The position numbers and the translations under genes were made by a program. From positions 17,926-81,925 of IMG/VR virus record IMGVR_UViG_3300015241_000015: a stretch of 64,000 bases of DNA. One strand, given 5' to 3'. The DNA is from a virus. This document shows, one piece after another, positions 42,376 to 50,808 of the stretch (positions within the stretch are counted from its first letter, which is position 1; every line of letters begins with the position of its first letter). Below the pieces are notes generated by a model. The model saw only the letters and a program-made list of their open reading frames with translations, made no database searches and was not told the origin of the DNA.

Positions 42376-42492
42376 TGCTACCGACAAGCTGAGCTGCGGA
42401 ACCGTCTGATACGTTTACCGATCAGCCGCGAGCAGAGAAGCCGCTAAGCGCTACGGATATCGTCCCTTGTGGATGCGGCCCGTAGGGTGACC
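42376..42492 (+). ncRNA. Structured scaffold (omega/tracr-like) or leader, copy 1, ending in anti-repeat CCCGTAGGGTGACC
   Basis: Starts 15 nt after effector stop; homologous to 44471-44588 with a compensatory stem change. Confidence 0.7.
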
Positions 42493-42528
42493 TTTTGACA
42501 ACTCAATATGGGCGCTCCGGGGTCCCTA

Positions 42529-43730
42529 GGTCACTGCGGGGGAACTCTTGGGGTGATAATCGTGGTCGCCTCGGTTCGACTCTGTGCAGTCACTTCGGGG
42601 ACGACTGGTGCGGTCACTTCGGGGATAACCGCCATCGTCACCTCTGGCATTGCTCTTAAATGAAAATCGCTCACCTCGGGTGACGCGCTCTAGGGATCGT
42701 GGTCACTGCGGGTAAAAACGGATGATGGTCGCCTCGGGCTTGACGATTTCGATCACTTCGGGTTGCTGTTGGGATGGTCGCTTCGGGGACGACTGGCGCG
42801 GGTCACCTCGGGTCGACTGGCAAGGCGTCACTTCGGGTCTATCAGATTTGGTCGCCTCGGGGCCGTATCTTCGCTGCTATATTCAAGCGGTTACCTCGGG
42901 TATGTGTCTGTGTTCTTGACTGCGCCTACTGGTCCACTTCGGGACGATGCGACCATGGTCATCTCGGGAAATGTGCCGAGGTCACTTCGGGTTGAGCCTG
43001 ATGGCCCAAAAGTCACCTCGGGATAATCTGTGTGGCTGTCCTTCAATCCAATGGTCACCTCGGTATGGCGCCTGAGCAGTTCACCTCGGGCCAGAGTACC
43101 ACTGCCAACAGTTCTGGTCACCTCGGGCCGGATGCTTTCAATCGATGGTCACCTCGGGACAGGCAAGGTCACTTCGGGTACACCCTGAACCGTCTTTACC
43201 ACTGGCAAAAATCTGGTCACCTCGGGACGCGGTCAAGCCATAAGCGGTCACTTCGGGAGGTCACTTCGGGAAAAGCGACCAATGCAGTCACCTCGGGATA
43301 TCCTCGGATCTAGCAACGGTCACTTCGGGATGGAGGGAAGTCATTGGCTCATTTGGCCAAAGCACCCGTGAGGTGACCTAAATACAAAATGGTTACCTCG
43401 GGAGTAGGGATATGGTCTTCTCTCTCAAAGTAGCGGCACCTGAGGTGACCTAAAGACAATTCGGTCACTTCGGGGCAATGATACATCAAGGTCACTTCGG
43501 GAAGAAAATGGCCAGGAAACGCTAGCGCCATTGGGTCACTTCGGGGAGGCGCTCCTTTCAAAAGAAACAAAACTGGTCACTTCGGGAAGGATTCGTACAA
43601 GGCCCGGTCACTTCGGGAACGTTGGCACATGGGTCACTTCGGGAGTATTGCAATTTGGTCACTTCGGGTTATGCCCATGTCGATATGGGTTGGTCACTTC
43701 GGGCTAAGCGCGATTGAAGGTCACTTCGGG
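42529..43730 (+). CRISPR. Atypical CRISPR-like array: about 38 copies of 12-nt GGTCACYTCGGG, spacers 1-36 nt, including two full palindromic repeats (43365-43402, 43439-43474)
   Basis: Repeats counted by eye from 42529 to 43719; spacers mostly unique, many 12-15 nt. Confidence 0.85.
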
Positions 43731-43770
43731 ATGAGACTATACCTCTTGACGGCCATGACACAATCAAGTC

Positions 43771-44373
43771 ATGGCCAAGCCACTCATCAACGATACCCAC
43801 GGCAATACTTGGCGAGTGTCCGCTGACATTGCCGGAACTCTTCTGGCAACCTTCGTCGCCAGCCAATCCACCATCCCGCTCTACATGTCCGAACGAAGCG
43901 CGCCGGAGACGGTGTACGAAGTAAAGATCCTGCCCAACGGCTTCATTGGAACTTTCTTGGTTCCTAACGCCAAGACCCATGGAGCGAGCGAAGTATGGCT
44001 GGACACCCCTGATCCGACCATCTTCTACTTCTTGCAAATCAAAGGCGGGATACTGCAAGTGCAAATCAATCAGCCCTTCGGAACCCCGCTGGTGGCCGGC
44101 CAACTCTACCAGAACGATGGAACTACACCGATCGCACTCCAGCCTGGCGGGATTGGAACGCCGGTGACTATGCCGGTCCAGACTCAAGGCGAAAACCTGG
44201 GGCTATGGGTGGCGGGTTGTGGGCACTGGTTCACCAACTGGGATATTTTCTCAGCACAGATCTCGGGGCAGACCTCGGCTCTGATATGCTGCCCAGTGTG
44301 CTATTACATTCAGCGGGTGATTACGCCGTACTCGTTGATCCACACCGACGCCAACATGATTATTTTTGCGTGA
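43771..44373 (+). CDS. Hypothetical 200-aa protein with C-terminal GCGH/CCPVC motif, embedded between array repeats
   Basis: Intact ORF; repeat at 43719-43730 upstream and AGTCACTTCGGG at 44374-44385 right after its stop. Confidence 0.75.
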   Translation: MAKPLINDTHGNTWRVSADIAGTLLATFVASQSTIPLYMSERSAPETVYEVKILPNGFIGTFLVPNAKTHGASEVWLDTPDPTIFYFLQIKGGILQVQINQPFGTPLVAGQLYQNDGTTPIALQPGGIGTPVTMPVQTQGENLGLWVAGCGHWFTNWDIFSAQISGQTSALICCPVCYYIQRVITPYSLIHTDANMIIFA

Positions 44374-44470
44374 AGTCACTTCGGGCGGTGGTCTTGGGAT
44401 GCGGCAGAGCAGGCACGAAAAAGCCTGGAGCCGCTCGCGAAGATGTAAGTGAATGAAAATGAACTTTTTA

Positions 44471-44588
44471 TGCTACCGACAAGCTGAGCCGCATCACCGT
44501 CTGGAACGTTTACCGACCAGCCGCTCGCGGAGAAGCCGACAAGCGTCACGGATATCAGCCACTTACGGCTGCGGCCCGTGAGGTGACC
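44471..44588 (+). ncRNA. Structured scaffold or leader, copy 2, ending in CCCGTGAGGTGACC
   Basis: TGCTACCGACAAGCTGAGC...GCGGCCCGTGAGGTGACC, homologous to copy 1. Confidence 0.7.
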
Positions 44589-44758
44589 TAAAGATCAAAC
44601 GGTTACCTCGGGATCACGGTCTTGGATGTGATCCTCCATCCCGTTATCCGTGAGGTGACCTAAAGACAATTCGGTCACTTCGGGCAGGACTATCTGCCGG
44701 TCGCTTTCAAGCGTGACGGCCCCCTGAGGTGACCTAAAGACAAAATGGTTACCTCGGG
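44575..44758 (+). CRISPR. Mini CRISPR array: three 36-38 nt palindromic repeats (CC..GAGGTGACC-TAAAGA..-GGTYACYTCGGG), two spacers of about 35-37 nt
   Basis: Repeats at 44575-44612, 44648-44684 and about 44722-44758. Confidence 0.85.
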
Positions 44759-44834
44759 TGAAGGAGATGCAAAGGAAGCCGGACTCTACCGGTAGAGGCT
44801 GAAATGCCGATAGAGGCCACAGAGGCAGAACTCC

Positions 44835-45380
44835 ATGGCGGAATTTGAACCAGCGGTGAAGATCGTTCTGAAGCACGAAGGCGGTTTCCAGATTGATCCA
44901 AATGACGACGGGAACTGGACGGGCGGCATAAAGGGGCGCGGAGAATTAAAAGGAACTAATCACGGCATATCTGCGGCATCCTATCCAGCCGAAAATATAA
45001 AAACACTAACAGAAGATCGCGCCAAGGAAATCTATCTGCGCGACTATTGGCTCGATGGGCAGTATCAATCGCTCAAGTCTCAGGATGTCGCCAACAAGCT
45101 GCTCGATTTGTCAGTAACCATGCAGGGGAAAGGCTCGATCGGGTCAGCCATCCGGCTGTTGCAGAAGGCCATCAATGCTTTGTATATGGACGGGCAGGCT
45201 CCTGTGATTGTCGATGGCAGTTGGGGAGCGAGCACTCAGACGGCCGCCAACGCTCTCGATGCGGCGGATCTACTGGCGGCGCTCAAGGATCAGGCGGTCG
45301 GCCACTACCGGCAGATTGCCGAGATGTATCCGCGCAAGGCGGTCTATTTAAAAGGCTGGGAGAAACGAGTTCTTGCATGA
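44835..45380 (+). CDS. Endolysin, glycoside hydrolase family 108 with peptidoglycan-binding C-terminus
   Basis: KHEGGFQIDPNDDGN, GTNHGIS, IYLRDYW, IRLLQKAIN, VDGSWG, YLKGWEKRV. Confidence 0.9.
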   Translation: MAEFEPAVKIVLKHEGGFQIDPNDDGNWTGGIKGRGELKGTNHGISAASYPAENIKTLTEDRAKEIYLRDYWLDGQYQSLKSQDVANKLLDLSVTMQGKGSIGSAIRLLQKAINALYMDGQAPVIVDGSWGASTQTAANALDAADLLAALKDQAVGHYRQIAEMYPRKAVYLKGWEKRVLA

Positions 45381-45733
45381 AAGTGAAAAGTATGGTTGAT
45401 TTAGATGAGACTTAGCTTACACTGTGCAAATGAACGACGTTGAACTTACCCCGCCAGTTGAAATTCCTCCACTAGAAATAGCCCCGATCCCGCCCACACT
45501 CAAAGACGCAGCCGTGCTGATTGAAGAGATTGCCCACCATTTACGGCATTTCGTGAAGCATGACTTGCCAGTACTCGAAAGGCAAGGGCACGATTTCGCA
45601 GTCAGCGTGAAACACAAATTTTCCAACTGGCTGGCCGAGGCTGATGCCTATCTGGCCGCCGAGTCGCCAGTAGAAGTAGCGCCAACGGTGGAGTCTTAGA
45701 CTCCTCTTAGGCAACAGAAAGAAGAACGACTTT

Positions 45734-46123
45734 ATGGCAATTCCCTCCTTGAATCCCTACCTTGCTCCCAGTCTGGTATGCCCGGCCTGTGGCGATGTAA
45801 TCGCTCCTGAAGTAGCCCGGATGAACAAGCACCGCGTATCGGAAGTTGTTTATCTATGCGCCAATCCCGCAACCAATTGCGCCTGGAAGGTGAACGTATC
45901 GTTGCAGCATGTTGCGGGCGAGATGACATCGATCGCGCCGACGGACCTCGAAGATCGGCGGAATCAGGCCATGCAGTTCGCGGAGTTCCGCACCAAGCGC
46001 GAAGCCCAAATCAGCCAACTGATCGCCATTCTGCCCAAGCTACTCAAGGTCGCGGACTTGGCCTTGGATACGGCGGAACTGTCTGCCGAGATAGAACAGA
46101 CGGCCGTCGAAGTCGGCATATGA
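45734..46123 (+). CDS. Zn-finger hypothetical protein
   Basis: CPAC...CANPATNC. Confidence 0.6.
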   Translation: MAIPSLNPYLAPSLVCPACGDVIAPEVARMNKHRVSEVVYLCANPATNCAWKVNVSLQHVAGEMTSIAPTDLEDRRNQAMQFAEFRTKREAQISQLIAILPKLLKVADLALDTAELSAEIEQTAVEVGI

Positions 46124-46382
46124 AAATCGTAGACCTACGGGGCAATCCCTTACAGGAAGGGGACGCGGTGGCTCTACAAGTTGGCGAACGCCAATGTCTA
46201 GGACGGGTCGACAAACTGGATCCCATCCTCGACCGCGGTCCTTATGGCGGTGGCGTTCACGTAGTCATCTCTGTCCAGGTGACTTTCCCGGTGCCGCCAG
46301 GCCATCCTGAGATACCCGTATTTCTCACCGTGGATCCGATTGTCAAACCCAACAAAGACACAATGCTGGTGGTCTCAGAGGC

Positions 46383-46865
46383 ATGACCCAAGTCTACATA
46401 GCGCTAGCCGTAATTGCCGGTGTGGCCGTAGGGGCTTTTCTGTTGCTGATGGGATTGTTCTTCTGGTATCTGCTGCGCACCATGAAGGAAGTCCAGAAGT
46501 CGATTGGGGAGTTTGTCCGAGCCTTGGACCCGCTGGTTCGTACCGGAGCCCTTCAGACCCTCTCTTCATCCTCAGCCACCATGGTCGACATCGGGCAACG
46601 AATGCTGAAATCCATGGGCGCCATCAACGTCACAGTGGCCGCCTTCAATAAAGCCTTCTTCTCGAAAGAAGCTCTTACAGGGATGATTACCGAACCTCCC
46701 GTGGACGACTACGCCTCGCCTGAAGAATCTTTAAACATTGAATACAGCGAAGAGACGGCGGCTTTGCATGAGCGTCAAGATTCCTTGCGCAAGCAGGGCA
46801 TCGAGACCGACGAGAGCCGGATTCCCGCGCCGGCCTCAAACAAGATGTACGGGAGCAATGTGTAA
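46383..46865 (+). CDS. Membrane-anchored protein (lysis accessory?)
   Basis: N-terminal TM helix followed by amphipathic helix; near the endolysin. Confidence 0.55.
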   Translation: MTQVYIALAVIAGVAVGAFLLLMGLFFWYLLRTMKEVQKSIGEFVRALDPLVRTGALQTLSSSSATMVDIGQRMLKSMGAINVTVAAFNKAFFSKEALTGMITEPPVDDYASPEESLNIEYSEETAALHERQDSLRKQGIETDESRIPAPASNKMYGSNV

Positions 46866-47488
46866 TGGCGCCCAAAAAAGGAACAAAGCGGCCAAATCGC
46901 CAGCCGTCCGTATACCGTTCCACCTCTGCTAACCTACGCCGCCATGCCCTACACAAGCTAGGCCGGTCGATTGAAGAAATCGCCATAGAGGAAGGTGTCC
47001 GGCCCGCCGCCATAGCCCGCTCGATTGAATCGGTCGACACCATGCGCTTACTGAATACCCCGGAAGTCATGACGGCGGAGATGATCAATTCGGTGATAGG
47101 GCGAAAGCTGAAATATGATCAGGCGCTCGAAGCCGCGCTGGATGCCGTGATCGTAGGGAAAAAGGGTACGACTACCCCCAACCACAATATCAGGCTCAGG
47201 GCGGTGGCCGAAGTCCGGCAAATGGTCAAGGCCCTCCAGCCCCGCGGCGGTGGGATCAACCTAAACGTCAACAACAGTTCTTCCGCTCTGAGTTCCTCGA
47301 TCGCTTCTTCCGATACCCGATTCATAGGCTTTGAAGAACGGCTGCGCGAAGTCCGCGCCCAGATAGACCAGCACAATCAACTTCCACCTCCCGACTCCAT
47401 AGCGGCGCCGGAAGCCGATAACGAAATTGAAGAGGACGAGGTAGAAGATGGGACAACTAATCCCCAGGGCGAATCCGCATCTGAATGA
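46865..47488 (+). CDS. Putative terminase small subunit
   Basis: N-terminal HTH (GRSIEEIAIEEGV), directly upstream of and overlapping TerL. Confidence 0.65.
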   Translation: MAPKKGTKRPNRQPSVYRSTSANLRRHALHKLGRSIEEIAIEEGVRPAAIARSIESVDTMRLLNTPEVMTAEMINSVIGRKLKYDQALEAALDAVIVGKKGTTTPNHNIRLRAVAEVRQMVKALQPRGGGINLNVNNSSSALSSSIASSDTRFIGFEERLREVRAQIDQHNQLPPPDSIAAPEADNEIEEDEVEDGTTNPQGESASE

Positions 47489-49730
47489 AGCAATCGAGAT
47501 GCTGGACGAGCATCTCTACCGCTACCAGGGCGACATCAAGAAAGCCTCGGCGTGTCTGACCAGATCCGAGCAGGACTTTGTTACCACGGAAATTGTCCAC
47601 TGCGTCAAGGATGCCCGCTATTACCTAGAAAATTACCACGTCATCCAGACCGAGGATCAAGGCTTAAGCACCCTTAGCCCCTGGTGGGAATCGCAGGAAA
47701 TCTTCTACTACGAGATCCTCTCCATCCAACGCTCGGGCCGCCCGGTAAAGATCGTGGTACTGAAAGCCCGGCAGCAAGGGATCTCGGAGTTCTCTGAAGG
47801 ATTAGTGTTTCATAAGACTATCTTCACTGAAACCTGCAACACTCTGATCGTCGCCCAAGACCCCAGCCAGTCGGACTTCCTGTTCTCGAAATCCCGTACC
47901 GCATACGACTATTTGCCCTGGTGGATGAAACCGGAGCAGCGTTACGACTCCAAGGGCCGCTACATGGTCTTCGACAAGAAGGACGATAGTGAGCGCCAAC
48001 TCTACCCTGGATTGCGCTCTCAGTTCATCGTAGAGGCCGCCAACAAGATGTCCTCAGTGGCCCGCGGTAAGACCATCCGGGCCGCGCACTTCTCGGAACT
48101 GTCATCCTGGGGCGATGGTGGCATTCTAGCCAAGTCGATCTTCCCGACCATGAATGCCCGCGATGAACTGGCCATCATGGAGACCACGGCTTTGGGCAGG
48201 CAGGGGTTTTTCTATAAATTCTGGAAGGAAGTGGAAAAGGGCCGGCACGAGGATTGGGTTCCCACCTTCATCGAGTTCTTCCGCACCGCCAAGAAATACT
48301 CGATCCCCATCAGCGCCGGCCACATCTTCCAGCCTACCCCGGAAGAGAAGGGGCTACGGTCCTCGGTCGAAAAGCGCACTGGCTTCTATATCACCGATGA
48401 AACCCTCAACTGGCGCCGGGCCAAACTGCGGGAGTTCATTACGCTCACCGGTAGCGAGTGGGATTTTTACGGTGAATACCCATCCAATTCGATGGAAGCC
48501 TTTCAGGGAACGGGCGTGTGCGCCTTCCCTCTTCGTCTCCTCCACGCCATCATGCAGCGCGATTGTGCCCAGCCCCGCTGGTATGGAGAGATTTCCTACA
48601 ACCCCGAAGGCACGGGGGCCCACCAGAAGTACAAACTGCACCTGACCGACGTAAAAGATGGCGACCATGTCCCCGAACAGGAGGGATCGGGAACCAGGCT
48701 GCATATCTGGGTTATGCCCGAGGCCGACTACTCCTACTACGTCTCAGCCGATATCTCCGAAGGCGATACCGGAAGCGGCGATTATTCCTGCATAGAGGTC
48801 ATCCGCATCGGCACGGGCCAGGAAGCGGACGAGCAGGTGGCGGAATGGCATGGCTACATGAACCCCACCCCGCTCGGAGACGTATGCACGGCTCTTGGCT
48901 ACATGTACAACGGGGCCCAGATCGCCATCGAGTGTAACGGGGTCGGAATCTCGACCAACAATCAGGTCTGGCGCCGCAATGAATACGACAACATCTACCG
49001 CTGGAAGCATATTGACCGCGTGAAAAACTTTGTCACCGACGCCATGGGCTGGTGGACCAATTCCAAAACCCGCGACATCATCATCACCAAGATGCGCGAA
49101 GCCATCATGGAACGCACCCTGGTACTGCGCAGCCTCCGGCTCCTCGATCAGATGATGGATTTCTCCAAAGAAGAGGGGGCCTCCCGCTACGAAGGCCAGG
49201 AAACCCCCGACGACCGGGTATTCGGGATCATGATTGGCAGTTACTGCGCCCACGAATCGGATTACGGGAAACAGGCCGCCGCCCAGAACACCAAGCGCCG
49301 CCCCGAAGTAGAAGCGTGGCTGCTCTACGATCCGCAAGGCCGTCTGATGAAAGAAACCCAAGACTACGACCAAGCCATGGCCTTCATCTGTTCAAAAGCC
49401 GGATGGTCCATGCGGCCCAAGATGGACAAGTACCGGGTCTCCTGGGTAGTCATGGACGCGAACGGCAAGAAGATCGATGAGATCGACGACTTCGATCTAG
49501 CGCGAACCATGTGCATGTCCAACAAGTACTCCATGCGCCAAGCGGTCAACCGCCTCGATTTCCAGAATACCGACCATTCGATCATCCACGACAAGAGTGG
49601 AGTCCACCAGAAACTCTACGAGCAGGGCGTTCCCCCGGAAATGATTCATGGGGAAATGCTTCTGCACGCGCAATTAGCCGCCGGGCCGCCGTCCGACGCC
49701 GAAATGGCCGATAGCTGGAAGAACCTGTAA
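47448..49730 (+). CDS. terL: Terminase large subunit
   Basis: VLKARQQGIS Walker A, AHFSEL Walker B, METTA coupling motif, YVSADISEG...GDYS nuclease, IECNGVG, DDRVFG. Confidence 0.92.
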   Translation: MGQLIPRANPHLNEAIEMLDEHLYRYQGDIKKASACLTRSEQDFVTTEIVHCVKDARYYLENYHVIQTEDQGLSTLSPWWESQEIFYYEILSIQRSGRPVKIVVLKARQQGISEFSEGLVFHKTIFTETCNTLIVAQDPSQSDFLFSKSRTAYDYLPWWMKPEQRYDSKGRYMVFDKKDDSERQLYPGLRSQFIVEAANKMSSVARGKTIRAAHFSELSSWGDGGILAKSIFPTMNARDELAIMETTALGRQGFFYKFWKEVEKGRHEDWVPTFIEFFRTAKKYSIPISAGHIFQPTPEEKGLRSSVEKRTGFYITDETLNWRRAKLREFITLTGSEWDFYGEYPSNSMEAFQGTGVCAFPLRLLHAIMQRDCAQPRWYGEISYNPEGTGAHQKYKLHLTDVKDGDHVPEQEGSGTRLHIWVMPEADYSYYVSADISEGDTGSGDYSCIEVIRIGTGQEADEQVAEWHGYMNPTPLGDVCTALGYMYNGAQIAIECNGVGISTNNQVWRRNEYDNIYRWKHIDRVKNFVTDAMGWWTNSKTRDIIITKMREAIMERTLVLRSLRLLDQMMDFSKEEGASRYEGQETPDDRVFGIMIGSYCAHESDYGKQAAAQNTKRRPEVEAWLLYDPQGRLMKETQDYDQAMAFICSKAGWSMRPKMDKYRVSWVVMDANGKKIDEIDDFDLARTMCMSNKYSMRQAVNRLDFQNTDHSIIHDKSGVHQKLYEQGVPPEMIHGEMLLHAQLAAGPPSDAEMADSWKNL

Positions 49731-50173
49731 TGCTTTTGGATTTTACAGGCGAGTTGGTGAGGGTTGGGAAGTTCGATCTTGAAGCCTGTCTACTTGCGGA
49801 TAAGCACTATTCCCGCCAGAAGCCGGGAACAAATCAGTTCATGCCTCCCGGCAAGACAATGATTCTGCGCTCTGCGGCGGGTGATATTGTATTTGGCTGG
49901 CTATGGCAACAGAAGCGCGACGACATGCAGGCTGGATACAACTGTTCCATCTTTCGCAATGAGTCGTCGAGATTGTCTAGCGAGATTATTGTGGAGGCCG
50001 AGAACAAGGTTGTGGCTGACTGGGGAAGCAATCGCGGTTTCACGTATGTCAACCCGGAGGGTATCAGAAACAAACGCAATCCGGGGTACTGTTTCAAGGT
50101 TGCTGGCTGGAAACTCATAGGCTATTCGAGTTCCGGCTTGCACCTGTTGGCAAAAACGGAGTTAGGGACTTAG
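49730..50173 (+). CDS. Putative Mom-like/GNAT-fold DNA-modification protein
   Basis: LADKHYSRQ, CSIFRNES..LSSE, FTYVNP, NPGYCFKVAGW. Confidence 0.55.
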   Translation: MLLDFTGELVRVGKFDLEACLLADKHYSRQKPGTNQFMPPGKTMILRSAAGDIVFGWLWQQKRDDMQAGYNCSIFRNESSRLSSEIIVEAENKVVADWGSNRGFTYVNPEGIRNKRNPGYCFKVAGWKLIGYSSSGLHLLAKTELGT

Positions 50174-50190
50174 ATCCCAAAGGAAAGTAA

Positions 50191-50808
50191 ATGGCGCAAA
50201 TCGCAACTGGATGGGCCTGCCCTCAATGTAAGACTTCACGTATCACGCAGATGCTCTATCAAGAGCAGATGGGATCGCCCAGTATCTTCTGCCAGTCGGG
50301 ACATCGCTACAACGACATTGGAGATTTGAAAGCTATGAACCCGGACAAACTCCCGGTTCCCATCCGGCATACCCTGCAAGAAGGCTACGAGAAAGTCGAT
50401 ATGTCGATCCCCACCGACTTAAAAGTCGAACTGCTCAAGAAGTTTGGATCCCCGGAGCGGCTATCGGCCACCTTGGCCGGCGTGCTACAAGGACTCTCCC
50501 AGCCCCGCGCCTTCCTCATCAACGACGAAGATGTTGAGAACGTAGTCAAACTGACTGGCCGGGAACTGCGCAGCGCCCGGGAACTGGTTGGCCTGTTCTG
50601 GGAGCAGAACGAAACCATCAAGCAACTGCGGGACAACGCTCCTGTGAATGGCGCCGCCAAAACCCCCATGCTCCCGCCAGGGTCAATCGCCGTCGACATG
50701 GGATCGCATCTATCAAAACTGGCCGGGTTGGCCAAATTTCGCAATGAAACCGTGGAGCAAGTGGCTGAGAACGCCATCAAACTCGCGCTAGACAATGGAT
50801 GGGCTTAG
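50191..50808 (+). CDS. Zn-ribbon hypothetical protein
   Basis: CPQC...CQSGH. Confidence 0.6.
   Translation: MAQIATGWACPQCKTSRITQMLYQEQMGSPSIFCQSGHRYNDIGDLKAMNPDKLPVPIRHTLQEGYEKVDMSIPTDLKVELLKKFGSPERLSATLAGVLQGLSQPRAFLINDEDVENVVKLTGRELRSARELVGLFWEQNETIKQLRDNAPVNGAAKTPMLPPGSIAVDMGSHLSKLAGLAKFRNETVEQVAENAIKLALDNGWA

Noticed and set aside
42529-43730. Interpretation as a TIGR array, replication iterons or a simple VNTR
   Set aside because: No alternating two-repeat/fixed-spacer pattern or Nop-domain protein; no adjacent Rep or helical phasing; spacers mostly unique; full palindromic repeats and an anti-repeat exist
42722-43826. Short ORFs across the repeat array (VTSG/GHFG/SLR repeats)
   Set aside because: Spacer lengths are not multiples of three, so repeats fall in all frames; translation artefacts
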